Positions 12,237-26,092 are shown, counted from the whole stretch's first letter. The stretch is 63,849 nucleotides of DNA, filler included, from Octopus bimaculoides (GCF_001194135.2; 10 parts of 10 records of this genome joined end to end with filler, not necessarily neighbours in it), one strand, 5' to 3'. The notes: generated by a model from the sequence alone, not told the origin. Numbers and translations: made by a program.

Positions 12237-12558
12237 CATGTGTTGAACTATCTAACAATTTTTTGATGGATAAATTATTTCTGATACTTATTGAGAAAAT
12301 TTATTCTCCTATATGTTGTGCACGTGTATTCTTTAATGGCAATCATTAGGTGATGATTCGTGATTTAAATAATAAGACCTACATGCAGAACATCGAGTGA
12401 ATTAAATAAAAAATTATCTTCGCTTTGCAGCTCATTAACAACCGGTGGTCGTACTTATTCTTGGGTCAACTTCCACACACACACACACACACACATATGA
12501 GCAAGACACTTATTTCACGTTGCTCCAGTCCAATCAACTAGCAAAATTGACTTGTACC

Positions 12559-12590
<32 letters not shown>

Positions 12591-13599
12591 ATATACAGGG
12601 ATTAGCAATTGAGTTGCTTCTCCAACATACTGAAAATTTAGAAATAGCAGTCAAAGAACTACTGATTCCAAACTACAAATTTTCTCTAAAGTGGATGGCG
12701 ATATTTATNNNNNNNNNNNNNNNNNNNNNNNNNNNNNNNNNNNNNNNNNNNNNNNNNNNNNNNNNNNNNNNNNNNNNNNNNNNNNNNNNNNNNNNNNNNN
12801 NNNNNNNNNNNNNNNNNNNNNNNNNNNNNNNNNNNNNNNNNNNNNNNNNNNNNNNNNNNNNNNNNNNNNNNNNNNNNNNNNNNNNNNNNNNNNNNNNNNN
12901 NNNNNNNNNNNNNNNNNNNNNNNNNNNNNNNNNNNNNNNNNNNNNNNNNNNNNNNNNNNNNNNNNNNNNNNNNNNNNNNNNNNNNNNNNNNNNNNNNNNN
13001 NNNNNNNNNNNNNNNNNNNNNNNNNNNNNNNNNNNNNNNNNNNNNNNNNNNNNNNNNNNNNNNNNNNNNNNNNNNNNNNNNNNNNNNNNNNNNNNNNNNN
13101 NNNNNNNNNNNNNNNNNNNNNNNNNNNNNNNNNNNNNNNNNNNNNNNNNNNNTATATATATATATATTTCATTTACCTTTATTATTTTTTTATGACGTAG
13201 CTTGGTAGTAGAACGTAGAACTAACGAAAATGACCACGAATTCTCCTTTCTCTAATTCCAGTAATTCTTCGGTAGCAAATCGTTTTGAATCTTTAAAGAT
13301 ATTTTTTTCTGTCATTCGAACGTGCAGAAAGAATTTGTTTCATAACATAATTAAAATAAAAATAATTGCACCACAAGATACCAAGTCAAACAACTGGTGA
13401 TAGAACCAGACATCTGATAATGTCGTTAAGTAATTGATGAAACCTTGCTCAAATAATCTGGCTACGTAATCATGTAAGAAAATTAAATATACATACGTAT
13501 GACATAGTGATTAAGGTGTTGCATTTTCGATGGCAAGATCTTGATTTCGATTCCCGAACCGGGGTGTTGTTTTGTGTTCTTCATGCTTGAGAACGTCAG

Positions 13600-14950
13600 G
13601 GGAACGGGTTTGGCTCGGCAGGTGTCCCAGTGTGTCACAAGCTGGGCCCGGTCGTTATCCTGCCACTGTGGTCAAACAATCATCAAGAAGAAGAGAAAAT
13701 AAATATCCACTGAGTTTTGGTTGTTGGAATATACGCACACTTCTAGATGATAATTTCAACAAGTGGCCAGAAAAGCGTACTGCATTTATTGTATGTGAGC
13801 TTAAAAAATATTCCTTTGATATTGTTGCGCTCTCTGAAACTCGTCTCTCTGGTGAGGGTTAAATAAATGAACCTACTTATGGATATACTTTCTTGTTGAG
13901 AGGCTTATCTGAGGGCCAGCGTAGAGAATTTGGTGTTGGATTTGCTCTCAAGAATTCATTAGTATCCTCCATTGCAGAATTTTCAAGTGGTATATCTAAA
14001 CGTAGCATGTCATGTCGTATAAAACCGACAAAAAATAGGTTTCTTACCGTTGTCAGTATTTATGCACTAACAATGTTTCATTCTGATGAAACTATAGGAC
14101 AGTTTTATGATGATCTAGCACAACTGTTGAGGAAAGTACCAATTTTTGACAAGCTGGTCATATTGGGAGATTCCAACGCAAGAGTTGGAAATGACTACAT
14201 TTCATGGCCAAACAATCTATGGGAAAATTTCGAAACAAAAGTATTTCAGGCTGCGAGTTCTTCAGTGGGATTTAAATCGCGTAAGTCCAGTGAATAATTT
14301 TCAAACAAATCACCAGAAATTCATGATTTACTTTTAGGTAAACAAAAACTTGGGCAATACAATTTTTTCTCAGTCCTTGAACCCCAACTCAAACGAAGCT
14401 TACAGAAAGCTGAAAGGGAAAGTGCAGACTGCTCTAAGGAAATTAAACAGGAATGGTGGAATGGCAGAGCAAAAGGGACGCAAGAAGTAACTGATAGAAA
14501 TGATGCTAAGGGTTTGTACTCTTATGTTAAGGAGATATACAGCCCCAAATCAGTACAAAATGATGGAAATCTGGACACAGAAATACATCTGCGAATTTAA
14601 AGGGCAGCACAACTGTGCACAGTTTTTACTGGGCTCAAATCTAATTTGCAGACCCATGAAAAACAAAACCCCACCAACTATTCTAACTATATATCTGTGC
14701 ACACCTTTCAATGCCGTATATGCTATAAAGTTTGAAAATCTAACGGAGGCCTCAAAAGACATTTTAAGACATTTTAAGATTAGAACTTAACTGCAGCTCT
14801 TGGTGGTCCAGATATGCAATCTATGTGGATGTCTTTTCAATATATTGTCTGGTTTAAAAAGTCACATCCGACGTCGCCATGATGGATCTAAGATGTAAGT
14901 ACAAGAGGTGGTCAGATTCTACACAAGGAATAGACAATCACCACATATAT
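13600..14950 (+). mobile_element. RTE-clade LINE remnant (AP endonuclease plus C-terminal zinc finger; RT missing)
   Basis: FGCWNIRTL...DIVALSETRLSGEG, GVGFALK, VVSIYA, LVILGDSNARVG are APE motifs; 14815-14880 encodes CNLCGCLFNILSGLKSHIRRRH (C2H2); stops and frameshifts present. Confidence 0.9.
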
Positions 14951-15029
14951 ATACAACCTCATGTAATTTACCTTTAACAAAAATTTTAGTGGAGTTGCAA
15001 ACAGCACCACGTGCAGGTAGATACATTAC

Positions 15030-15160
15030 AACTGTTTTTTTTTCAACATTATTTACATTATTTACGTTATTTACATTATTTACATTTGACGGATATTTGT
15101 CCTCATCTTGTTTGTTGCTAACACGTTTCGCCTGATATACCCGCCAGCCGTCATATAGAA
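15030..15160 (-). mobile_element. Penelope-like pLTR fragment with decayed hammerhead
   Basis: (TTTACATTA)n then gatatttgtcctcatcttg...acgtttcgcctgatatacccgccagcc; minus strand has GGCTG...CAGGC-GAAAC-GT but a damaged CUGANGA. Confidence 0.5.
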
Positions 15161-15530
15161 CTGTTTTTTTTTCATTTCAAGTTGATGGTCAAACCCAAAT
15201 CATCACAAGCTGAGTCAAATGCGGATACAATAGATTACAGAACTGTTTCAGAATATATANNNNNNNNNNNNNNNNNNNNNNNNNNNNNNNNNNNNNNNNN
15301 NNNNNNNNNNNNNNNNNNNNNNNNNNNNNNNNNNNNNNNNNNNNNNNNNNNNNNNNNNNNNNNNNNNNNNNNNNNNNNNNNNNNNNNNNNNNNNNNNNNN
15401 NNNNNNNNNNNNNNNNNNNNNNNNNNNNNNNNNNNNNNNNNNNNNNNNNNNNNNNNNNNNNNNNATTTGTGCAGGTCGTTCGGCAAAAACGCTGAACGCT
15501 CATACGTCGTATTCGACGCAAGAGTCCATT

Positions 15531-15619
<89 letters not shown>

Positions 15620-15704
15620 GTCTATGTTTGTATATATATATGTATATATATATGTATGTATGTATATGTGTATATATGTATATATATATATTATTAGACA
15701 CTCT

Positions 15705-15740
<36 letters not shown>

Positions 15741-16212
15741 AACGCATGTGCATTTGTATATGAATTATATAGGCACACACACCTACACACACACTCACTC
15801 AAACATATATCTTTGAGTAGTTACATGCGTTCGAATATAATACTGACACACAGGTCAACGCATATACCGGCATCCAAACATAAACATATACACATATGCA
15901 TAAATATACCTGTATATACGTGTATTCACACATACACATAAATACACACACACACACACATACACACAGACACATACACACACAGACACATACACACACA
16001 GATGTATATATTTGCCTTCCTATCGCTCGTCTATATTTTTAAAGCATATATCAATGGATATATATATACATTCGTATATTTACGTATTGTCATTTATACA
16101 AATATATTTACACATAAACTCATGAATGTCTATATAAACATATTGACATATAAGCATTTCCGTAAATAGAAGCATACATAATTGCCTTCACATTAGTACG
16201 TAGACAGCTCTA

Positions 16213-16500
16213 CTTAAGCATGGTTCTGTAATTCTTACTGAACAACCTGCACAAATGATTTCTTTATAGTGATCAAATGTATGTGCTGAACATTAGCTAG
16301 CTCACTCCTTCCATCAAATCAACATCGCCTGCACAGATGGATGGTATATCACACGTCAGGTGGCGAAGTAATCGTAATCGTAGAGCATCGGGAGATGAAC
16401 TGATTGGCTCAAGAACATAACGCACCGCCCGGTCCTGAAATCGAACCCACGGTCTTGCGATCGTGAGTTCAATACCTAAACCACTAAGCCATGCGCTGTC
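16213..16500 (-). mobile_element. tRNA-derived SINE (family E)
   Basis: Minus strand TGGCTTAGTGG (A box) and GGTTCGATTTC (B box) followed by a non-tRNA body. Confidence 0.8.
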
Positions 16501-17264
16501 ACCAAATTTGAATATAAGTGAGAAAGATCACGATTTCAATGCCTGGGACTATACAACAAGGCACAAAACAACAGCACGCAAACATGCTCCTATAGACGCC
16601 CGTACACGCGTACCTACCCCCATACATTTATGTATATTTAACGCGCGCGCGCGTGTGTGCGTGTTTGAGTTTGTGTACATGCAAGTAGTAAGTGCAATAC
16701 GGTCGAATGCTTAAAAAAAACTCGTTTTGTCATAATTAGAAATCCATCTTCGGTCTCACGTGGCGTTGTGTCTTGAGAACAAAGTGTAATTTTTTTTCTG
16801 GCTTCGGGTCGATCCATGCTTCGAGAGTGAAATTAAGGTAGGCGGAAACTGCATGGAAGCTAGGCGGGTGTATTATATCTGTAGTGCAAAAGTAAAGCCA
16901 TGTTAATCTGGGTTTCACGTTGATACTGTTGGAAGATTTTAAGTGCACAGTTGTTTGAAGTACACGCAGCCATTTACAAGTTAACGCAATGAGCCTAATT
17001 GAGCGAACGACCGAAACCCTTGGTCAGAAACACAGCGATAGATTAAACCTGGCAACCCTTTAACTAACTGTAATCATACAATAATTCTTCCTGTCTCACT
17101 CCTTCACTTTTTCGTCTGGTCATTTCCATCCGCGCATCCTTAGGAATAAAACGAACATTTTTTGCCCTCACAAAGCAGAACTTGGTTCGCGCTATTTGTT
17201 GAATACGCGTTTGTTGTGGATAATTGCTGATCACCTACGCTGCTGGATTTACCGACCACTTAAG

Positions 17265-17604
17265 ATGTCTGGAAAGAAACCATCAAGTAGAACTTAAGAG
17301 GATAGTGGGAAAATTGACCGTAGAGGGATTAAACTGGATATTGAACCCAATGTTTTAAAAAGATTTTATGTGAGGCGCAGGAGTGGCTGTGTGGTAAGTA
17401 GCTTGCTTACCAACCACATGCATGGCATCTTGGGCAAGTGTCTTCTACTATAGCCTCCGGCCGACCAAAACCTTGTCAGTGGATTTGGTAGACAGAAACT
17501 GGAAGAAACCCGTCGTATATATATTTATATATATNNNNNNNNNNNNNNNNNNNNNNNNNNNNNNNNNNNNNNNNNNNNNNNNNNNNNNNNNNNNNNNNNN
17601 NNNN

Positions 17605-17643
<39 letters not shown>

Positions 17644-19695
17644 TTGTGTGTCTGTTTGTCCCCCCAGCATCGCTTGACAACCGATGCTGGTGTGTTTACG
17701 TTCCCGTAACTTAGTGGTTCGGCAAAAGAGACCGATAGAATAATTACTAGGCTTACAAAGAATAAGTCCTGGGGTCGATTTTCTCGACTAAAGGCGGTGC
17801 TCCAGCATGGCCACAGTCAAATGACTGAAACAAGTAAAAGAGAAAAGAGAGTAAAGAGAGGGTAAAAATCAACCACTTTATAGAAAACATTAAAGTTTGC
17901 AGCATCTACAGCAGAAACAGAAGCTATTCAATTAATTGCTCAGCATTTATTGCTTCATAGATTTAATAAGAAACTTAAAATGGAACGGCTCTTCAATGTA
18001 TGGATCACGTAACAGACAAAACATAATGTGCCGACAAGCAACATTTGCATGACGATTTGCGGTGCAACTTTTAATGAAAAACTTTCCTGATTAGTAAAGG
18101 CTGGTTTGAAAAGTTTAAGAAGCTCTTGAATTTGCACAACATAAAAATAACTGGTGGAGCTGCCATTGCTGATACAGAGGCTGCTAGCAATTATTCTAAG
18201 CAGCTGAAAAATTTACGGGGGCCGCACACTAGAGCAATTATGCAATGTTGATAAAGCTGTACTATTTTAGAAGGTCGTGGTTACTAGAACTGTTAGTTCT
18301 GGAAAAGAAAAATCAACACCAGGATTTAAAGCTTCCAAAAATCGTCTGACGCTCATTCTGGGATGGGATGGGATGGGATGGGATGGGATGGGATGGGAAT
18401 GCCGCTGGTGACATGAAAGTAAAGATCCAAGGTCTTTCAAGGGTTGCGCAAAGTTTAATATGCTTCCGTTTTGGCATTCAAATAAGAAGCATGGATGATT
18501 AAAAGCCTTTTCAGAAAGGTTTACAAACAATTTTTGTCATGCAGTTGAAAGGTAGAGTGCCAGGCATATTATTTCTAACAAAGCATTGCTTGTTTTAGAC
18601 AAAGAACCCTGTTACCCAGTGAACTTAAATGAGCTTTCGGATAATGTGAGCATTGAATATATCCCAACAGTACATCTTCTTTGCGCCAGACAATGGATCA
18701 AAGTGTGACATCGAACTGCAATGCATATTTTCCAGGAAGAACTTTCATACAACTTATGAAATCACTTGATAAGGAAGATAAATCTACAATCAGAGATTTT
18801 GGGGCAGAAGTTCAACATAATGGATGATGTTGATAGCATAACTGAGTAATAAAATGGAATGAAACCTTAAACGTTAAATGATGCTTAGAAAAAAATTTAT
18901 GGCCGTGACTTTACAAGTTTTCCACAAGCAGAAGGTCTATGTTGAATTCGGAAAGATATTGTGGTACTTGCAAACGATATAAGGTTTGAAGAAGTCATAG
19001 AGGATGATGTGGTTGAGCTGTTAGTATCTCACAGAGGAAGTTTAGCTAACAAAGAGCTGATGCGGTTAGAACAAAATCAAGCTGAGAATACAGATAAGAA
19101 TATGGAAATTCCACCAATTCCATATTTAAACTAACTGCAAAAAATACAGAGGAAAGTCAACAAAATAATCTTAATATAACAACCGTTAACGTGAACATAA
19201 ACGTTACAAGAGGAATTTACTGTGGGCTCAGCTACTACACTGAACTGTACAAAGATAATGAACCACCATAAACAAGCAGCTTGATTAAGTTCTTCGCCCC
19301 TCAAGTAGATGTCTTTGATGAACTATAAGCTAAAGCATAGCGTTCCTAATCCTGCTAGAAACCCTCATTCCAGCACCAGCAGCCCTTACACAGTGGTCAA
19401 CATAAATTTTAGGAAGAACGTATATTACAATTCATACTTATCCCCTAACACATCCAGTGTTTTTATGTTTACATATTGTACTGTTTACGTTAAGAAATTG
19501 TTTTTTTTCCTGCATAAAAGTGGTCGTGTTGTTTCCTTGTTCGTTTGTTGTTCTTTTCGAAAGAAATCCATCGCAACATATTTTCACTTTTTAAATATGA
19601 AAATCAATGGGAAAAGTTATTTCGCATTGCAGGATTTTGTATTACGACCAGATTTTCAGAATCACATTACTTGCATAACGCGTGAGATTCTTGTA
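17265..19695 (+). mobile_element. Decayed Tigger/pogo (TIGD1-like) transposon interrupted by a SINE and (GGGAT)n
   Basis: Segments MERLFNVWIT, SKGWFEKFKK..NLHNIKITG.AA.AD.EAA, PGFKASKNRLTLILG...NAAGD, KALLVLD, MDQSV; the right end gcataacgcgtgagattcttgta resembles a Tigger TIR. Confidence 0.85.
17373..17860 (+). mobile_element. SINE family A copy (B-box region deleted) inserted in the Tigger ORF
   Basis: aggcgcaggagtggctgtgtggtaagtagc...aatgactgaaacaagtaaaagag. Confidence 0.9.
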
Positions 19696-19718
19696 TTTAT
19701 GCATGTATGTATGTATGT

Positions 19719-19766
19719 CAAGATTTCTTGCCAATAGAAAAAGAGCCGGTTTCTAACCTAGATCCA
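19719..19766 (-). mobile_element. 3' UTR fragment of the Dong/R4-like LINE
   Basis: caagatttcttgccaatagaaaaagagccggtttctaacctagatc matches 32737-32783; abuts (TATG)n. Confidence 0.75.
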
Positions 19767-20842
19767 ATGTAAGTTTCATGAGTTGTACTCAGAGAGAAAG
19801 CTTATAATAACATAGTGGACCCTGATAAAGGTATTCAAGGTTTTGTTAAACTGGATAACAGCTGAAATATATCACCTATAGAGCTTCCGAAGGAGGAATC
19901 TCTTTGTGACTTCTTTATCTGTTGAAATTAATCAAATCTTCCTCAAATTAGGGGTTACCGTTAAAATCAAAATGGAGATTTTTAATAATGATAATAGTCT
20001 TAGATACCTAATTTTTCTATTTGGCTTACAAGATACTTGATGCGAACAGATGTGTTGAAATGTGTTTTGTCGTATCTCGGGAGGATCATCATGCCAATAA
20101 TAAGCAAATGCACTGGTCCTATTTCACTTCATTATATGTTAGTTGGATGGCAGTCTATGATTTGATTGATCATTCGCTTTATCAATCAATCAGCTATGCT
20201 AATGCTTTTTTTGTGTTCTCATTGACATCCCCTCTCTACTCCAGGTCAGATTCAAGTCTGTCTGTCTATGCGATTGTACAGATGAGAATGAGAGCGTACG
20301 AGGGTATGGCAACGAAGCCTTAGGTATGCAACAAAGTCTTAGATATGCGTTCCAAGAACAAAAGCCGAGATGGACATAGCTGGAACATCTTTCATTTTTG
20401 GTCTGCTCAATAACAATGACCTAATCAACAATCAGATTATCAGAACAATCTAGAAGGATGTAGTTCTCTCATGTTCCAAACATCATATAACATGCCGCAG
20501 TGAATATCTTTATCGCATCGCTGCCGGATTGAATCTTCAGATCATGTGGTGGCGGTACTTTCCGCCATTGATTAGTTTTAACTACCAGAAAAGGTCTATG
20601 TTCCAAAATGGAATAAGACCTTAATTATTGCTCCCCCGTTTTACTGCTTCTCACTTTGATTATCTTATATCTACCTTTCCATTTACTTGCCTTCTTATTT
20701 AATGCATACTAGGCACACACACACACGCACACACATTCATAATACATGTGTGTGTGTGTGTGTGTGTGTATGCATACATATGTGTGTGTTTATACATAGA
20801 CACATATGTATATATATATGTATATGTATGTATGTATGTATG

Positions 20843-20897
<55 letters not shown>

Positions 20898-21273
20898 ATA
20901 TATATATATATATATGTATGTATATGTATATATTTATACATTTATATACATATATGCATATATATATATGTGTGTGTGTGTGTGTGTATAGTTATATGTA
21001 TATATACATATACTCACACATACTCACGTATACGAACATATATACATATATATGCATATACATACGTACATACATCTCTCTCTCTCTCTCTCTCTCTCTC
21101 TNNNNNNNNNNNNNNNNNNNNNNNNNNNNNNNNNNNNNNNNNNNNNNNNNNNNNNNNNNNNNNNNNNNNNNNNNNNNNNNNNNNNNNNNNNNNNNNNNNN
21201 NNNNNNNNNNNNNNNNNNNNNNNNNNNNNNNNNNNNNNNNNNNNNNNNNNNNNNNNNNNNNNNNNNNNNNNNN

Positions 21274-21317
<44 letters not shown>

Positions 21318-22029
21318 CGTATTATATAGATAGTTACATCTCCATCGTATGTATTTCTAGAGTTCTTTTCCTTCTCTTCCCTCCTCCTCATCATCCTGTT
21401 TCTCCTCCTCCTCTTCCTCTTCTGTTATTATCACTTCACCGTTTCAAGGTTTTACATGATTACATATTTTACTATCAGTTTTACGTCCAAACCAGTGATT
21501 ACAAGCAGACACATGTGAATTAATAACCAACAACCAGGAATAATACTGCAGGCTCTGAACTGTATGTATGTGTGCATATATGCATGTATGAATGTGTCTA
21601 ACTTTGTACATAGGCATGTATGTATGTATGTATGTATGTATATTTGCAGACGCATATGTATGTATGCGAATGAAAGTAATCTTCCTTTTTAATTACCTGA
21701 AATCTTCCTATGACGAAGGAAATGGTTTCTAAGAAAGTTGAATTGCTGAAATGTGGTTAACAACAACGGTGATAAGTTAGAAGCATAACTTTAGAAAACT
21801 CTTGTATATTACTACCGTTCCACTTATAGATTCTGTTTGTAAATTACGCTTCCGTGTTAGATAGTAACCTTCCTAGATTGTCACGTAGACGTTTACTAGC
21901 GTAATCAGTCTCACATATAATTATAGGTATACATGTTGATCCAGAAGGTTTAGCTTTTAAAACAGCGATCTAACTTGGCGGGTGAGAGTATGTCGATTAC
22001 ATCGACCCCAGTACTCAACTGGTATTTAT

Positions 22030-22219
22030 ATTCTTTTCTTCTCCAGGCACAAGGCCCGAAATTTTTCGGGGAGGGGAGGCAGTCGATTAGATCGACCCCA
22101 GTACACAATTGGTACTTAATTTATCGACCCCGTAAGGATGAAAGGCAAAGTCGACCTCGGAGGAATTTGAACTCAGAACGTAAAGACAGACGAAATACCG
22201 CTAAGCATTTCGCCTGGCC
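22030..22219 (-). mobile_element. SINE family B, well preserved (older partial copy at ~21950-22030)
   Basis: Reverse complement aligns with 30244-30460. Confidence 0.9.
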
Positions 22220-22909
22220 AGTGGCATATATCTGAACAAATGGACAAATACATCCATGGACAAATACATTCATAGACAAATACATCTATGGACAAATACA
22301 ACGATATCAAATATCACAACATGAATTCTTGATTTATAATTATGTCCGCCTCTAGATCAAATATCATAATTACAATTAAGATCAGCCCCGCTTGAAAAAG
22401 GAAGATAATCTCTAGATTAAGGAATCTCTAAAACGGACATGACATTTAACGAAAAGGACAGTCTTATTGTCTTGAGATAAGAGGACACTTGTGGACACGG
22501 GTGTCTGGCTCAAGAGCTGTCTTTGGGCAGATAATGATTCCATGCGTAATATATTTTACAGAAACCTTACTGCTCCATAAGGTCTTGTTCTCTTCATTTT
22601 TCAGCACTTAGATGGAATATTTGTTTTTATCTGACGTTGCTGTTTCGAGTGCTACCATATAACACTTAAAAGCTAGCTACATTGATCTAAAACATCCTTT
22701 CTTCTGAGATTGAGCTTGTCAATATTACTGCTTATGCGGAAGCCTCCTACCCGAGTCAATATTTTGCAAGTTAGAATATCTACGGGGGTGCGTTTCCTCT
22801 AAAACCTTGTATCTCAAAAGTCAATGCCATTTCTGGTACTGCAAATGCATCGTGGGATATAATCTTCATTTAAGAGGAATGCTCTGTGTTTATATTTTTA
22901 GTCTGGTAC

Positions 22910-23103
22910 AATATTGATTTCAAACTTTGATACAAGGCCTGCAATTTCGGGAGAGATCTCAACAGGTACTTATTTTATCGTCTCTAAAAAGATGAAAGGC
23001 AAAGACGACCCCCGGCGGTATTTGAACTCAGGACGTAAAGACGAAAGAAATACCGCTAGCATTTTACCCACGGCGCTAACGATTTTGTCAGCTCACCGCC
23101 TTG
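22910..23103 (-). mobile_element. SINE family B
   Basis: gatgaaaggcaaagacgacccc...tttgaactcaggacgtaaagacg...gctcaccgcc. Confidence 0.8.
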
Positions 23104-23370
23104 GTCCGATATAATATTCTTTGGTCACTATATCGCTATTTACAGCACCTTTGTATGATATATTTCTACCAGTATCTAGGTATTTGTATAACTCATCGTG
23201 TGGAACAAGAGAGATAGAAAGACCATTCATGTAAAAATTATGGCTTTTGGAATCTGGGAAACCGTTTTCTTGCGTTCATCTATCAAATATGAATATTTAT
23301 TTTGGTAAAATTAATAATTTTTTAAATCAATTTTTATCTCTAACTTTACGTGGATGTTGTGGTAGAACAC

Positions 23371-23491
23371 AGAATACTGCATTATTTACCCTGAGTGGAC
23401 CTCTCATATAGATTCGTGGTGCATGAAAGCACTCGAATCTAAATGGGAGTCCATATGGGTGCTTCTCTCATGATAAACAACTCAGTATTCT
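23371..23491. repeat. 121-bp foldback (imperfect palindrome)
   Basis: agaatactg/cagtattct, ttatttaccctgag/ctcatgataaacaa, ggacctctcatatagattcg/cgaatctaaatgggagtcc and gtgc/gcac are nested. Confidence 0.7.
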
Positions 23492-23569
23492 ACGTTAAGT
23501 TGGAGATACAGATTAATACTCCTTCTGTCGCTATTAATTAATTTTTAATAATTCTTTGTTTCCCGTTTA

Positions 23570-23720
23570 AGCTCAAGACTAGTAATTTTGATTGATACTT
23601 TCTCTTATTGGTCCCCGGATAGATGAAAGGCAAAGTTGACCTTGGCGGGATTTGAACTCGGAACATAAAGAACCAGAAGAAATAGCGCAAAGCATTCTTC
23701 CCAACGCTCTAACGTTTCTG
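23570..23720 (-). mobile_element. SINE family B, degenerate
   Basis: gatgaaaggcaaagttgaccttggcgggatttgaactcggaac. Confidence 0.75.
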
Positions 23721-24914
23721 ACAATACATTCGCTGCTCAAATTGGCAGAATAACAGGCAGACTGTCTCCATGAAACATTCCTCTTGAAAAATTTATAACA
23801 TCGGAGAATATCGTTCTATTTTCTGTTACAAGTATGAGTACTGTTGACCAGATCTTTGAGAGCGTTTCTATGGCAACAACAACTAGAGCAGCAGATGCTT
23901 TTCACAAGTGCAGTGATACCTTTCTGTAATCAAGCCATACTATCACCAGAGTTCTGCGATGTTTCCTTGCTTCAGACGGCACAGCTGTATAACACAGAAG
24001 TTTTCCGACATATTCTCACACTTCTTGCGTACTTATCTGTCGTCTGAGATTTAGTCTGTTCTGTAGTTCTCGCAGCTTTCCGCTCCCCTCGGGACTGATT
24101 AGATGGATACTATTGGTATGTTTGAACACGTGTAAGTCAACATCTACATGAAAACTGACACAGTATGGTAGCCGGATGGCTGATAATTCCAGTTGGTTGC
24201 AGTTCTTACTCGGTAATGTAAGGCCTGGTTGTAGGAGCTTTCACCGTAAACATTTTTGTCGTATGAAAATTCACCATAAGAAATTTCGTAGTAAATAACC
24301 TCATCGCGTATTCTTAATGTTTGACATTGAATAAAGACTTGCCTATTTAATGCTTTTATAAAATCTTTAATCATTATTTGTTTTTAATTAAAAAATGCTG
24401 ATATAAGACGCTTCATTATTGTCCATGCGGCGAAATTTTTGTACGGCGAATTTTCCGGACACGATTTTTACTGTGAGCAAGAAAGAATAGAGATCGTGAA
24501 AGGAAGAAAGATGAGTATGTCGGCTACGAATGTAGAAAGGTGGGTAACATACAGTTTGGCTGTTCCTGAGTGCAAAGGCTTTCGTAGTAGTGGTAGAAGA
24601 GGCTGTGAGAGAGGACCTTAAGGTCAAAAACAAAAGCATTACTACAAGTCAAATACGGGAAAGTCTACAAGGTGACACGAATCTAGTAAAAATAGCAATC
24701 AAATTTCCGTCGAGACACTCTAATCTCTTAGAAAAAGGATGGGCATATTAGTTCAGGGGTTCTTTAACTAACAAATAATACTAGACCAACACCAAATACT
24801 ACTGGAAATTTTGGTACCCCCACTCTTTATTCATGGGAAAACAAAATAGTCTGCATCCATTGAGTTCTCCTTTCTTCATCATAAGATCGGATAAGTTTTA
24901 AAAATTGGGTAAGC

Positions 24915-25295
24915 TCTCAATCTTAAGTTAGCTTTGCGACCACGTGGTTTAGGGTTCAGACATTTTGCGTACCTTGAGCAAATGTCTTCTAACTCTAGGC
25001 TACCTAATGTCTTGACCGAATTTGGTAGACAGAAACTCTGAGGAATCCAATCGAATACGTACATACATACATACATACATACATACATACATACTTACAT
25101 GCATACGTACATACATGCATACATACATATATCCACGCGCACACGAGTGTGTGTGTTTGTCTGTCAGTTTGTGTTGACAAAAGAGACCAACAGAATAAGT
25201 TCCAGACAGGGTCAATTTGTTCGACTAAAACCCTTCAAAGGGGTGCCCAAGCATGACCGTAGTCCGATGATGGAATCAAGTAAAAAACAAAAAGG
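24915..25295 (+). mobile_element. Old, degenerate SINE family A copy
   Basis: ccttgagcaaatgtcttc...tttggtagacagaaact, (CATA)n linker, tail gggtcaatttgttcgactaaaa. Confidence 0.7.
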
Positions 25296-26019
25296 AATTT
25301 GTCCATTCCCTTATTCTTCTTCATAGCACCCATCCACCCATCCATCCATCCATCCATTTAAGAAAAATTACATCAGATAACCTCCCTACATATTTCTGAA
25401 CAGATCGCAGGTGGAGCGAAACAAGAGTTAAACAACATGATGTCACTACCATTCCACGCGTCTTTATCGATAATATGGAAATCAAACCCCGCCTTCCTCC
25501 GATTTTTATATAAGAAACAAAAAATATGTCTCAAGAGATGCAAGAATGGAATTTGGTCAGAAAGAAAAAGACAAAACAAAACAAAATCGTTATATTTGAC
25601 AGTAAATCATTGGAAGTGTTTAGCAAAACAGACACAAAATGCAAATATTAATATATTAATATTCTCTCGATAAACTTAAAATCCAGATAAAAAACGTTAT
25701 TAGAGTAAGAGAATGGTGAATTCGGTAAAACATCAGAAGAATTGTCTTAGAGCATTCAGTTACGAGCCTCTATGTTCTGAATTCAAATTTGTATGAGTTT
25801 TGATTTTGTCTTGCATTCACTTTCTCTGGTTGAGAAGCTTCATAGAACAAAGTACCAGACATGTATTGCGGTCGATATAGTCGGCCATAGTCCTGCATTT
25901 GAATGCCACAGCATGACGACATTCCGATGACTTATCAATATCAATATACATATATAAGCCATCTCTACTCATTCTTTCAAAGATATATATAATACTGTAC
26001 CAAGAACATTTTCTTTATT

Positions 26020-26092
<73 letters not shown>

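Noticed and set aside
20021-20323. 100-aa ORF in unique sequence
   Set aside because: Starts at TTG, has no recognisable domain, and its length is within chance expectation.
25373-25579. Protein-looking ORFs on both strands (KAGFDFHIIDKDAWNG; RWSETRVKQHDVTTIPRVFIDN)
   Set aside because: No recognisable family and no convincing splice or start context.
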